The notes: generated by a model from the letters alone, not told the origin. Counted from the first letter of the stretch, positions 19,401 through 28,098 are shown. The stretch: DNA of 64,000 nucleotides from an uncultured virus (IMG/VR IMGVR_UViG_3300025648_000023) (IMGVR_UViG_3300025648_000023), one strand, 5' to 3'. Translations and numbers: made by a program.

Positions 19401-22325
19401 ATTTTAGAAAGTGCTTTGTCTGACTTAAAAAAAGTATTACCAGATGTAAGCGAAAGACAGCTATTAGATGCTTTTCTTCGTAAAGGGGATTTTGAACAAA
19501 AAACAAAAGAACAAGCTAACAAAGAATTAAAGCAACAAAAAGATGATTTAAGGCAGACCGCTAATTTGCAATTAGAGAATGATATGATTGCAAAAGGGGA
19601 GGAAATATTGAAGGACAAGAGTAAAAAAGATGAAATTAGCGGTTCTGTTGTAAAGATGCTAAAAGATAAAAAAGCAATGCTTTTACAACAAAAGAGAAAT
19701 GCAGAAGTTGACCAACAAGTATCAGATATAAACAACCATTTAAAGACTTGGGAAAAGATATTAAAAAGCGTTCAATACGAAGGGAACGTATTAGCCAAAA
19801 TGAAAGCAGATAATAGAGCTAAGATTGACGAAGCCCTTATTAAGAATGGGATTAAGTTAGATAGAAGTAGCCAAGATGTTATTCAAAAGAATAGAACTAT
19901 TGCTAATACTCATAACAATAAGGTTGATGAATTATTGTCTAATCCTAACTTGACAAACGAGCAAATCAGACTATTAAAAGGGCTTAAAATAAAAGACGTA
20001 AATAATGTAGAGGAGTTAGGTGAAAAAATAGACAAGGCAGCTAGAAGTATTCAAACACAAATAAATTTAGCTAACCCAACAGACCCGATTTCAAAAGAAT
20101 TAAAGTCTTTGAAAAATGATTTATTGGAAGGTTTAAGTAAGAGGGACGAGTTTACTAAACTTGAAGCAGCAAAACAAAAAATGAGAGGGGATATTAATAG
20201 AATGACTAGAGATATTGCAGGCAATAGATTTGCTGATTCAAAAAGTCCTACACAATTAAAAATAGATAGAGAGTATATTAAGCTACAACACGAAAGAAAT
20301 ATGCTTCGTGCAGAATATGACAAAGCAGAAGAAAAGTTCATATATCAAAATAAGAATAACATAGGGAAAGGGTTGGATTTATTTTTAAGGGCAAGGCGTG
20401 GTAATTTGATTTCTTCATTAAGTTCTACTGTATTCAAATTGCCGTTAAGTTCTTTTGTTAAAATAGGGGGGGATATTCTTTCTACTAATATATCAGGATT
20501 GTCTCCTTTAACGGGGGGGATTAGTTATTTAACAGGATTAGAAAAGGCAGTAAGCGCACAAAAAATATCTTGGAAAGCAGACTATGAAGGGTTGAAAACA
20601 ACAGCAGGGTTAAGCCTATCAAATGTAAGAGTTGACGAAGCTATTTTGAAAGAAACAAAAGAGCAAATGGCTAATACTAAAAAGATATTAACAGACCAAA
20701 AGCAAGTTTTATTAGATAGAAACAAGGAATTAAAAAAATCTGATGACGAGAAAAGTATTGATGAGATTTCAGATAATGAATCTAAAATAAAAGAGTTAGA
20801 TAGACAGATAGAAAAAAACTCAAACAAGGTTCGTGATATGAAAGTGGAAACACTTTTAAAAAGTACGGACGAATTATTAAAGTCAACAGCAGATAATTTT
20901 TTTAAAGTAAAGGCTGAATTAGAAAAAAATGGAGTTGACTTAAATAAAAGTAAAGAATATAAGGTAGCTAAAAAGGCTTTTGATGATGCGGAATACAATA
21001 GTGGGCTAGCTTTTATGTATCAATTTATTGGTCACGTTTGGAAGAATAGGGGTGAACAAATAATGGAAGGGGCGTACTCTTTTGAAGAGGCTATGGGCGA
21101 CTTTAAAAGAATGTCTTATGAAGATAGAATGGCTATACATTCTACTAAGTTTGGCAAAGGAGTAGAAACATTAATATACGGGGTTGATACAATAGGAAGG
21201 ATACACGCAGCTACTAAAGATATTTCAGCAATGAAGCAGTTTGTTACTGAATACGCAAAAGCATTAGAAAGGGCAAGTAGGAAAATGGATGCAGGTCAAC
21301 GTTTGCAAGAGAGTGACAAGTATATCATTATGCAAAAGGCTTTTGAACACGGGTTCAAGGGGGGTAAGTTTTCAGAAAAAAACGCTACTGTTAGATTTGT
21401 TCAAGATGCTTTTAAAAATATAGATAGGTCAATAGAAGAAAAAATGTTGAAGCGTGGTGGTACTAAAGACTTAAATTACAAGGCTTCAAGATTTGGTAGT
21501 GGGGTTGCACAATCTATATTGTTACCCGTTCTTAAAATACCTGCTAATATTGAAAATTCAGGGTTGTTTAAATATACATTAGGATACGGATTAGCTTTAA
21601 AAAGGATAGGTTCAGAAGCGATACGTGCTTCAAAAAATATGGACTATTCGGCACAACAAAGCATTACCGAAAATATAAAAAGGTTTGGTGAAGCATTTAC
21701 TAAGCACATGAGTGAATTAGACCCTGACTATGCAGATAAAATAAAAGAAGGATTAAATAAGGGGCAAGTTGGCTTAGTTACTATGGGGATTGCTGCACAC
21801 ATGATAGCAACGGGGGCTTTAGCTTTTGGAGGCGTTTATTATCCGGGGGCAAGAAAGAAAAAAGATGCTTATGGTAATGAATTGAATTTTGGTGCTATAT
21901 CATTAAATGGTAAAGTTTTCGACAACTATACTACTGCTATTTTAGGTCACTTAGATATAATGATGCCTTTCTTTATGGCAGCAAATTACATGACTGCAAA
22001 AGAAAATCAAGAAAGAATAAATCTTAATGAAGAAAACAGGGGGTTAGAGAAATACACTAAGAACCCCGAAGCGGTTGGGCTTGCAAATGACATTTTCATG
22101 GCAATAGAAGAAAGCCCCGTAAGAAATGTATTATCTTTGGCAGGCACACCCGAAAATGTATATCAAGGTAGTAGTGGAGTAATGGAAAGTTTCTTTTCAG
22201 TTGGGATTGCAAAAAGTATAGGAAAAGGTATAGATGACTACAACGGCGACCAAAGAGATATTCAAGATTGGAAAGATAGGCTTATGGTAAATAATGGATT
22301 AAATTTCTTAGTAAATAAAAAATAA
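13488..22325 (+). CDS. giant internal virion/cargo protein, 2945 aa
   Basis: Gly/Ala-rich amphipathic segments, an acidic linker and long K/E coiled-coil repeats; no recognisable catalytic motif. Confidence 0.7.
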   Translation: MATSIRQDTNPLEEWAERKKESVAETKPIKKSIVKSQDKSQPTVSEENPLEDYFKKKDGTTNYTSGSEVSNLQSNQPPTDGQSQLPTSEPKLSFDQNKQKSIKTVEENLGGISEYFKKQGSYDKDFQPFLQGIKSGNPETLKKACDIINTELSNKIDELSKPQESYAGLASMGGGLAGLGTPEVRNEISSESKSQIEKLKKAKIENYNSLLRYAAGNPKDATGKYLSPKNIGDRLNAAGFGVSKDQLELEAKADKSKTNWATIAKQHTDFRKETLGYQTILDDLQSRYDDAKKIYEDNQTEENLKKVNGIADELNNTKSNYNNLDLKYPEVAKKNLASLISDNVSTNRSRADFNFFKPSIEEIKQGFEDIRKESPETAAKYQQVFNSIIQDKQFVDVMGGSTPSSYGQPIVQGGLGGAFSRGLDDVVNLWGVGDILTMKPEDIAAEKLATSYSPQKTSYQKGSDEGRIVVDKEGNTLVKKQNNLSNTWDNIVNLVGEQAPTLIAFGGIESAASKTIGKGVVGTLKGATGLAGEFVEGAAGIEGGTARETTRNAFKFAKGGIAEGLQHAIGTQAGIFATSYGKNYDESIDKFPDTPEGHNQAHAAAALKTFAEGTAFSLMGISPSKLIGGTIEKSINADIDKFITENDFSKIGKEEFAAKFADMYAPKIEKLVSSTVKESLKMGGIGNVNEYIKGKIDQYLTGKQPEESTNDEEFKKQVDIFKSGALMGAVFSALPNMLNFATNGKEYAPSHTETLMHLSQNPEESKWRAQQLFENGTITDARRNEFIKTINTSVNSLNDAIEFARGEGKDFNDLKTQSQQKLLANQFRQRYFKDMADNNPDLKEKAIEEQERLRKEALGLLEDKEAMPISDAFVKGLDIKMVVPKTDESNGGEVKLGSINEIGQNTDKTFIIDGKEVNAEEAHQHILDKATELVDAPRITETEQEILKGYEKRIKEGETLPAKSQKEYESLSKKKELYDKQQSFINQTEDEKSKSAEPQTTETTQAKSEDTEGTQTEDLKFPKRNDDFAFKYFSDEEKNKYAQLEKDGDTEGISKMIEDKKAELIRQSEHKVTPTIVVDGKEYYGANHGEAMEAAIADGKDIPSPDTEEGEAWRTEHGQFKTADGDLLTREQAENDPNYGFNQSKDIPPIQLLVPTLEPVTKTEQSPIDNEPLKEGDILADGREVLGVNEEKGLITLRKDIGEGNFETQTIPLKEATDIGRKTKTTTDESISKERGKEGRQKGGRKEGRQESDKKGNVIGGDGTSSSEGGVPPTNPPTSKENTPEENRQVWIGIQKAMLGDTVLKVMGTLDSVTNKETIQKAIDMLSDMASNGSKTIIDAAKDYTDKWHDILFKKTSKGDPILDSQGRPEINRGVGIPTELLGAMGVRQAYLADMLNNTTDLEEQGKIAVEMQRVDEVLRVAQNELGRNFQFLQSLFKLGSDGEILYRRNVLSKAIDEEIPDNKEALDKRIGELKEGDKEDIEKAKMLKEAYDELEKLKNKTKAAEESTQKEVDRITKEDFDKAIAEAEKRGREQAAAEKKKGKTPQSEILKKTGKDWANKIRSLKIDNNNTLSADITLGLGRPTWNLLVESVAKLVEAGSEIGAAISKVLEDKEFSSLKKEDVEKSLIGGVDAKTKEQIDANRRNAKEYKALETERNRQIRVYNDLKEKLAKLVDTGKKEVKEKGETKKDTPEIEDLKSRIEQVKKDISERDAHEKKMQGLQDELTRLQNRTPKEKKEAGDKVVSAEEQKLKDAIDLERKQWALEKSAENRIKNAETELKRVQDRIENPKTEPSENKYLTEREAELAKEIEKEKKDWAHEKKMQELESKLDDIKNRREKAETQKEKQVISAEEQAKRDEIDEAQKEWDKEKRVERLQEKLEKVKQRIVEEKSPTEKKKLSEEEKSLLQQIKDENAIWATENKYDTHQKLEDISSVAKEQGVTTLSPKIVEDGLVQNLMDSYLGKGLNSSEILESALSDLKKVLPDVSERQLLDAFLRKGDFEQKTKEQANKELKQQKDDLRQTANLQLENDMIAKGEEILKDKSKKDEISGSVVKMLKDKKAMLLQQKRNAEVDQQVSDINNHLKTWEKILKSVQYEGNVLAKMKADNRAKIDEALIKNGIKLDRSSQDVIQKNRTIANTHNNKVDELLSNPNLTNEQIRLLKGLKIKDVNNVEELGEKIDKAARSIQTQINLANPTDPISKELKSLKNDLLEGLSKRDEFTKLEAAKQKMRGDINRMTRDIAGNRFADSKSPTQLKIDREYIKLQHERNMLRAEYDKAEEKFIYQNKNNIGKGLDLFLRARRGNLISSLSSTVFKLPLSSFVKIGGDILSTNISGLSPLTGGISYLTGLEKAVSAQKISWKADYEGLKTTAGLSLSNVRVDEAILKETKEQMANTKKILTDQKQVLLDRNKELKKSDDEKSIDEISDNESKIKELDRQIEKNSNKVRDMKVETLLKSTDELLKSTADNFFKVKAELEKNGVDLNKSKEYKVAKKAFDDAEYNSGLAFMYQFIGHVWKNRGEQIMEGAYSFEEAMGDFKRMSYEDRMAIHSTKFGKGVETLIYGVDTIGRIHAATKDISAMKQFVTEYAKALERASRKMDAGQRLQESDKYIIMQKAFEHGFKGGKFSEKNATVRFVQDAFKNIDRSIEEKMLKRGGTKDLNYKASRFGSGVAQSILLPVLKIPANIENSGLFKYTLGYGLALKRIGSEAIRASKNMDYSAQQSITENIKRFGEAFTKHMSELDPDYADKIKEGLNKGQVGLVTMGIAAHMIATGALAFGGVYYPGARKKKDAYGNELNFGAISLNGKVFDNYTTAILGHLDIMMPFFMAANYMTAKENQERINLNEENRGLEKYTKNPEAVGLANDIFMAIEESPVRNVLSLAGTPENVYQGSSGVMESFFSVGIAKSIGKGIDDYNGDQRDIQDWKDRLMVNNGLNFLVNKK
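16456..16545 (+). CDS. nested out-of-frame basic peptide, 29 aa
   Basis: MRKAKVPNPKQPKLHKPKVKIPKVRKPKI in the +1 frame of the giant gene, with an A-rich leader. Confidence 0.55.
   Translation: MRKAKVPNPKQPKLHKPKVKIPKVRKPKI
17170..17262 (+). CDS. nested out-of-frame histone H1-like peptide, 30 aa
   Basis: MKASAKKEVKKVAKKAVEKKVAKKAIKKAM in the +1 frame, leader AAAACAAAAACAACAACAG. Confidence 0.6.
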   Translation: MKASAKKEVKKVAKKAVEKKVAKKAIKKAM

Positions 22326-22331
22326 ACAATT

Positions 22332-22469
22332 ATGCCATTAAAGAAATCATCAAGTAAGAAAGCATTTTCTGAAAATGTAAGGAAGGAAGTTAAAGCAGGG
22401 AAACCCCAAAAGCAAGCAGTAGCAATAGCTTATAGTGTTCAAAGAAAAGCAAAAGGTAAAAAGAAATAA
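22332..22469 (+). CDS. small basic phage protein, 45 aa (not in ORF track)
   Basis: MPLKKSSSKKAFSENVRKEVKAGKPQKQAVAIAYSVQRKAKGKKK, of the widespread KPQKQAVAIA type. Confidence 0.8.
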   Translation: MPLKKSSSKKAFSENVRKEVKAGKPQKQAVAIAYSVQRKAKGKKK

Positions 22470-22470
22470 A

Positions 22471-22779
22471 ATGTCATTAAAAATAGAAGTTATAAAACAA
22501 TTTAAGGCTAGTTACAATATTGATATAGTTCCTTTTGATGGGAAAATATATGGATACTTTACCACTAGAAAAATGGTTGGATTGGGCGGGACTTCTTTTA
22601 ATAAATTCGGTTATCATTGGGTTGAATTACTAAGTGATGAAGATAATGTAAAAGAAGTAAAGAGGCATTTACCACATTCCCGTATTTGTAAGATGTACGA
22701 TGCAAAACTAAGGAAAGATATTTACAAGGAAGTTGAACGAGTTAATAATGAACTGTTTAAAACAAGCGAATGTCATTAG
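22471..22779 (+). CDS. hypothetical protein
   Basis: ATG 22471 directly follows the stop of the basic peptide; the GTG start in the track is unlikely. Confidence 0.6.
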   Translation: MSLKIEVIKQFKASYNIDIVPFDGKIYGYFTTRKMVGLGGTSFNKFGYHWVELLSDEDNVKEVKRHLPHSRICKMYDAKLRKDIYKEVERVNNELFKTSECH

Positions 22780-22814
22780 AGATACATATAAAGGAAATAC
22801 CACACGAAAAGTAA
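22770..22814 (+). pseudogene. orphan 14-codon N-terminal remnant MSLEIHIKEIPHEK
   Basis: Matches LFILIKVIPHEF, the start of the C-terminal domain of the downstream HNH fusion. Confidence 0.55.
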
Positions 22815-22820
22815 TACAAA

Positions 22821-23831
22821 ATGAGCATAATAAAACAATGTACAGTTTGCAATAAAGACTATGAAGTCAAACTAAAAGAACGATACGAATCTTCAAAGTA
22901 TTGCTCTAGGACTTGCATGGGTAACGGACAAAAAGGTAGGCTTAATCCACATTCAGAAGAATGGGAGGCGAAGAGAATTATTGCAATACAAGAGGCTTCA
23001 AAGAATAGGATTTATCCTAAAGGTTACAAAAGAGTTAAAGAACATTATGAGCCAATGCTAGAAGCGGTTAAGAAAGCAAGAGAAAAAGACCCTGATATAT
23101 TTAGAGAAAGAAGTATAAAAAACTTACCAAAAGATGTATCTGGCGAAAAAAATGGCAATTTTAGAGATTGGGCTACAAAAAAAAGTAATAACTTTAGGGT
23201 TCAGAACAGCTCAAACTTTAAAAAGTGGAGAAATTTAGTAATGGAAAAGAGTGGGCATAAATGTGTTTTATGTGGATGCGGTGGGAAGTTGGACGCACAT
23301 CATATAATATCGTTGTCGGAATCGGTAACTCCTGCATTTGAAGTATGGAATGGAGTTGCCTTATGTAGAAGTTGTCATGTAAAAACAGATAGCTTTGGAA
23401 GTAAAGGAGTATTGAAAAGTATAAAAAAACAAAGCGAAAAAAAGGAAGGTTTGTTTATTTTAATCAAAGTAATACCACATGAATTTCAAGAATACAATAC
23501 GGTGGGAAATTATAAATCTATGGGAGACGAAACGTTTATATTAGTATCAGAACAAGGAGATGAATTTTACAATAAATTAATAGCAATACACGAGTTAATA
23601 GAAGAAGCGTTAACGAAAAGACGTGGACTATCGGAAAGTGAAATATTAGACTTCGATTTATATTTTGAAAAAAGACGAGAACAAGGCTTAGTAGAAAAAG
23701 ATGCAGAAGCGGGTTTTTGTAGCGAAGCACCTTACCTAGCAGAACATACATTCGCCACTTCGGTAGAAATGCAAATGTGCGCATTAGCAAAAGTTTCTTG
23801 GAATGATTATATGAATAACGAACATAAATAA
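22821..23831 (+). CDS. HNH homing-endonuclease-like protein fused to a C-terminal HExxE (metallopeptidase-like) domain
   Basis: Zn finger CTVC..YCSRTC, GEKNGNF, HNH CVLC..DAHHI..NGVALCRSCH; from ~23450 IPHE..YNTVG...IAIHELIE...APYLAEHTFA. Confidence 0.8.
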   Translation: MSIIKQCTVCNKDYEVKLKERYESSKYCSRTCMGNGQKGRLNPHSEEWEAKRIIAIQEASKNRIYPKGYKRVKEHYEPMLEAVKKAREKDPDIFRERSIKNLPKDVSGEKNGNFRDWATKKSNNFRVQNSSNFKKWRNLVMEKSGHKCVLCGCGGKLDAHHIISLSESVTPAFEVWNGVALCRSCHVKTDSFGSKGVLKSIKKQSEKKEGLFILIKVIPHEFQEYNTVGNYKSMGDETFILVSEQGDEFYNKLIAIHELIEEALTKRRGLSESEILDFDLYFEKRREQGLVEKDAEAGFCSEAPYLAEHTFATSVEMQMCALAKVSWNDYMNNEHK

Positions 23832-23838
23832 AGCAATA

Positions 23839-25101
23839 ATGACAAACCTAAAGGATAAGACAGTTTTGGTGTACGATTTTGGCAATTTTATAGAAGTAGC
23901 CCAAAGGTTAAGTCGTGACTTTGGCAGGGTTCTTTATTTTATGCCAACTGTAATAAACGGGTGGGTGGAACACAATCCCTATGATATAGGTAGGGGAGTT
24001 GAAGGTATAGAACGTATCTATGATATTTGGGATTACTATGAAGAAGTTGATTTATGGGTATTCACTCATATTCACGAAGGGGGATTGCAAAACTTCCTAA
24101 AAGCACAAGGTAAACGTGTTTTCGGTTCGGCTAAGGCAGGTTTATTAGAAACAGATAGACTTGGGTTCAAGCAACTATTAAAACAGCTAGAATTACCCGT
24201 AAATGGATATGATACGGCTAAGGGGGTTAATGAGTTAGAGGAAAAGTTATCTAAAGTAGAACATAAGTATATAAAATCTAGTTTGCGTGGAGACATGGAA
24301 ACTTGGGAACACAAAAATTCAGTTACTTCTAAAATAGAAATAAACGATTTAAAGCACAATTTAGGCATATTCGATACCGAAGAAGTTTATATAATCGAAG
24401 ATGCAATAGAAGCTGTTGGAGAAATAGGTTGTGACCCGTATGTGGTAAATGGCAAGTTTGTGGATAATACTTGTACGGGGGTAGAGGTTAAAGATGCTGC
24501 TTATGTAGGTAGGATTATGAGTTTAAAAGATTTGCCAAAACAAGTTACAGAAGTAAATAAGAAATTTGCACCCGTTTTAGAATCTTATGGGTATTGTGGG
24601 GCTTTTAGTACTGAAATAAGAGTAGATAAAAAAGGGGTTGGTTATTTTATTGACCCGACAATGCGTTTCCCCGAACCTAATACTGCTTTGACATTAGAAA
24701 TGTACGATAACTATTCTGAAATAATTTGGATGATTGGTGGTGGGGAAATTCCAACAGTAGAGGCATCTGAAAAGTGGGGTGTTCAACTTATTATAAAATC
24801 AGAATCAGCAAAAAAACTTCCCGTTGCAGTTCAATTCCCTAAAAAGTATGCTAAATTTATAAAGATAAAAAACCTTGTCGTGGATGATGAAGGTACACAT
24901 TGGTTTACGCCAAACGGTGAAGGGATGATTGAGATTGGGGCAGTAGTAGCAACAGGTAAAACATTGAAAGAAGCAAAAGAAAAGGCTACCGAAATAGCTA
25001 AATCGGTTGTAGGTTTTGATATTAAAATAAAGTACGAAGCACTAGACGAAGCGCAATCGGTAATTGACAATTTGACTAAAAACGGTATTAAGTTTATATG
25101 A
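23839..25101 (+). CDS. ATP-grasp ligase, PurD/GAR-synthetase-like fold
   Basis: VFGS..AGLLETDR.GFKQLL, YIIED, GVEVKD, GYCGAFSTE and FIDPTMRFPEP; lacks the PurD N-terminal GxGGREH motif. Confidence 0.75.
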   Translation: MTNLKDKTVLVYDFGNFIEVAQRLSRDFGRVLYFMPTVINGWVEHNPYDIGRGVEGIERIYDIWDYYEEVDLWVFTHIHEGGLQNFLKAQGKRVFGSAKAGLLETDRLGFKQLLKQLELPVNGYDTAKGVNELEEKLSKVEHKYIKSSLRGDMETWEHKNSVTSKIEINDLKHNLGIFDTEEVYIIEDAIEAVGEIGCDPYVVNGKFVDNTCTGVEVKDAAYVGRIMSLKDLPKQVTEVNKKFAPVLESYGYCGAFSTEIRVDKKGVGYFIDPTMRFPEPNTALTLEMYDNYSEIIWMIGGGEIPTVEASEKWGVQLIIKSESAKKLPVAVQFPKKYAKFIKIKNLVVDDEGTHWFTPNGEGMIEIGAVVATGKTLKEAKEKATEIAKSVVGFDIKIKYEALDEAQSVIDNLTKNGIKFI

Positions 25102-25745
25102 TAAACAATTATAGTGAAATTATATCTTACAATGAGGGGTATGATTACTTCGAGCAATTTCTTAGAAATAGGTATTTGTGGGAAATATTTAAACCGTTAT
25201 CAGAAGATTTCCCCGTTGCAGAAGTTTTTGTAGGGGTAGTTAAGTTTATCTTATACGGGTTTTCTTTGGAAAGTGAAATGCTTAATACAGGGGGGATTTC
25301 TTGGGATAACTTAGCTAGGAGGATATTTACAAAAGTAGGATTGCCCGAAGTATATTATGATGAAGTTGCAAAGCTAAGAAATGATAATTTAAGGCTAAGT
25401 ATTGATAGGTGGATTAAGTTACAGAATGATGATAACTTTGCCCAATATGTTGCATACAGGGGGTTAAGGTCACAATTCCTTTCAATAATGTCTTTGCCCG
25501 AACCTAAGATTAAAAATGATGATGGCACTACCGATTTGGATGCTTATGCTAAGATAAAATCAATAGTAGATGGCAAAATGGCAGCAGCAGAAAACGCAAG
25601 GGAATTAATGAATATGATGAATGAAGCTAAGTCGTCTTTTATTCAAAACCACGCAAAACTAAAAGTAAGTGTTGGGGCTGCAAACGAAATGTCAATGCAA
25701 AAAAACACGGCTTCGATAGAGGACTTTATAAATAGTAAGAGATAA
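25098..25745 (+). CDS. hypothetical protein, possible terminase small subunit
   Basis: Helical 215-aa ORF translationally coupled to TerL. Confidence 0.4.
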   Translation: MINNYSEIISYNEGYDYFEQFLRNRYLWEIFKPLSEDFPVAEVFVGVVKFILYGFSLESEMLNTGGISWDNLARRIFTKVGLPEVYYDEVAKLRNDNLRLSIDRWIKLQNDDNFAQYVAYRGLRSQFLSIMSLPEPKIKNDDGTTDLDAYAKIKSIVDGKMAAAENARELMNMMNEAKSSFIQNHAKLKVSVGAANEMSMQKNTASIEDFINSKR

Positions 25746-28081
25746 TGTTAAAAAAGGGGGTTACATATAATATTCAGCGTAGAATAGGGGAACACGATTA
25801 TACCAAACCCCCATTGCCTAAAAACACGGATGAAATACTATGGTACAATGAAAAGCCCGAAAACGCCTATTGGAGAAGATTAGAGTTACCTAGTGTTTTT
25901 TATAATTTCGTTCCTAACTATACAGAACTAGATGCAGATGCTACACTACAAGATGAAAGTGGGCTTTATAAGTCTTTTAATTCAGCAGATAGCCAACTAT
26001 TCATAGAAACAGTATCGAAAGAATTATATAGGCGTGAACACGGGGTTTTCTTCCGTAACAAAAATGAAATAGAGTACATTACGGGGCATCATTACTTCAC
26101 TATGCAGCATTGCCGTTGTTATGGTAAAAGTGCTAGGTATGAAAAGTATGTGTCCACATTTGGGGATAGTGTGCCAAAAGATTATTTTCTTAGGGTTTAT
26201 GCAGAATATGGTTATTTCTATAAATACCAACAAGATATTTTCTATTTGATAGACTTGGTTAATAAGGATGAAAATATACTTGGTGCTTTCATTTCTAAGG
26301 CTAAAAAAACAGGGGTTACTTTCCTTTTTTCTTGTTACCTACTAAACAAAACAACCCTTTACAAAGGGCAACAAGTAGGTGTAATGAGTATGAGTAAAGA
26401 TGTTGCCATAACAAGTAACATGATGTACTTTTATCATGCTTTTGATGGATTGCCAAACATATTCAAACCCTCTACTAAAACAGATGCAAGAAGTGAAGGT
26501 CATACAATATTTGGGGCAAAATCATTTAGTGGTACTTCTTCACATAAGTCGGCATTAAACACAATGATGCAAGAAAAGGCACTTAATTCAAGAATATTCG
26601 TAGCCCCAACCGACCCGAAAGGATTTGATAGCCCTAAAATGACAGACGTTGTTTTAGATGAGTTTAATAAAACCCTTGCCAAAAGTAACCAACACCCAAA
26701 AGAAATATTTGAAACAAACAATGCCACCGTTAAGATGCAAAATGACATCGAAGGCAAAATGTGGTTATTTGGATACGTTTCAGAACAAAATGACGTGGGG
26801 GTTACAGAAGCAAGGGATATTTTCTTTGGCAGTAAATTACACACAAAAAGAGGCAGTAAAAGAACCCTTAGTGAATTGATATGCTACCACGTTTCTTCTC
26901 TTTATTCATTCCTTAGTTTGATTGATAAGTACGGGGAATGTGACGAAGTGGCGGCGAATGACAGTATCGAGGAAGCCTTAGAAAAAGTTAAGACCGACCC
27001 TAAAAGATACCTTTCAGTAAAAAGGCAGTTAGCCCGTACTGAAAAAGAGGCTTGGGAAATAGGTGGAGAAAGTTCTACATTCAATCCCCTACCAATAATA
27101 GCCCAAATAGATAGTGAATTAGAAGATAATGCAAACGGGGTACACGGGATGATACCTGCACGTTTGATATGGGATAATGCCGCTTGGGAAATGGGTAAAA
27201 AAGACAAACGCCCCAAAGGTAAGTTTACTAAAGTAAGATGTATTCCCCTTTCAGAAGAAGATGTACAAAATGGGTTTGAACCCGAATTTTGGATAGATAA
27301 GGAAGAATTTTATAGAGGCACTTTCAACGAAAGTTTATTAAGGGGGTACGATACAAACGGTTCTTTATTGCCCCCAAAAAGATTTAACAACGTAGGCGGT
27401 GCAGATACCGTTAAATGGGCAGAAGCAATAAACGAAGGTTCTAAATGTGCTTATGGGACTATGAGTATTTACGACCCAATTAGGGATAGTCGTGAAAGAA
27501 AGATAGCATCTAAGCGTTTGATTTCAGTTTACTTTGCACGTCCCGACAACCCCCGTGAATCTTACGAACAATTAGTAAAGGAAACAATATTCTTTTCTAA
27601 GATTAGTATAGTAGAAGCAAACGAACCCACTTATGCAAATATGATGTTGCAAGAGGGGTTAGGTTACTATATGATATTTAAGGATATGAAAGCCCCTACA
27701 TTTACCCTTATAACATACGAACCGTGGATGCAATTAGGGGCTGATTTTAACTTTATAGTAAGGACAAGAAACGCCCACCAAAACGTACTATTAGAAACAA
27801 TAATAAGAAGTGCTAAAGACTACCTTTATGTAGGTAAAGATGAACCTAATTATGTAGAAACAATACACTTTATTCCATTACTTAGACAGTTCTTGGATTT
27901 TGACCCCGAAATGACAAAACCTTCGGATTTGGTAATGATGTTTGGGTATTTAGTATTGGCGCACGATATTTATATGGCTACCATTTTGGGGCGACAAAAC
28001 TATGTGGAAGATAGTCAGTTTTTCGGTAATTTCTTATGTGCTTTAAATGGTAAATATTCAAAACCCAATAAAGCCGCATAA
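25745..28081 (+). CDS. terL: terminase large subunit (crAss-like family)
   Basis: YITGHHYF, Walker A-like SKAKKTGVT, Walker B VVLDE, nuclease GGAD, YFARP, VEAN and SDLVM. Confidence 0.9.
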   Translation: MLKKGVTYNIQRRIGEHDYTKPPLPKNTDEILWYNEKPENAYWRRLELPSVFYNFVPNYTELDADATLQDESGLYKSFNSADSQLFIETVSKELYRREHGVFFRNKNEIEYITGHHYFTMQHCRCYGKSARYEKYVSTFGDSVPKDYFLRVYAEYGYFYKYQQDIFYLIDLVNKDENILGAFISKAKKTGVTFLFSCYLLNKTTLYKGQQVGVMSMSKDVAITSNMMYFYHAFDGLPNIFKPSTKTDARSEGHTIFGAKSFSGTSSHKSALNTMMQEKALNSRIFVAPTDPKGFDSPKMTDVVLDEFNKTLAKSNQHPKEIFETNNATVKMQNDIEGKMWLFGYVSEQNDVGVTEARDIFFGSKLHTKRGSKRTLSELICYHVSSLYSFLSLIDKYGECDEVAANDSIEEALEKVKTDPKRYLSVKRQLARTEKEAWEIGGESSTFNPLPIIAQIDSELEDNANGVHGMIPARLIWDNAAWEMGKKDKRPKGKFTKVRCIPLSEEDVQNGFEPEFWIDKEEFYRGTFNESLLRGYDTNGSLLPPKRFNNVGGADTVKWAEAINEGSKCAYGTMSIYDPIRDSRERKIASKRLISVYFARPDNPRESYEQLVKETIFFSKISIVEANEPTYANMMLQEGLGYYMIFKDMKAPTFTLITYEPWMQLGADFNFIVRTRNAHQNVLLETIIRSAKDYLYVGKDEPNYVETIHFIPLLRQFLDFDPEMTKPSDLVMMFGYLVLAHDIYMATILGRQNYVEDSQFFGNFLCALNGKYSKPNKAA

Positions 28082-28086
28082 ATCAT

Positions 28087-28094
28087 TAATTTTG
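28087..28094 (+). promoter_or_regulatory. -7 element TAATTTTG (probably leaderless transcript)
   Basis: Consensus match 4 nt before the ATG at 28099. Confidence 0.5.
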
Positions 28095-28098
28095 CCGT

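Noticed and set aside
13488..22325. Giant protein as a crAss-type virion RNA polymerase
   Set aside because: No DxDxD catalytic motif was seen; the sequence is dominated by coiled coil and linkers.
22815..23470. Group I intron or intein around the HNH
   Set aside because: There is no non-coding room for a ribozyme core and no Cys/Ser...His-Asn intein termini.
23839..25101. Bona fide purD auxiliary metabolic gene
   Set aside because: It lacks the PurD N-terminal GxGGREH motif and has no purine-gene context; kept as a generic ATP-grasp ligase.
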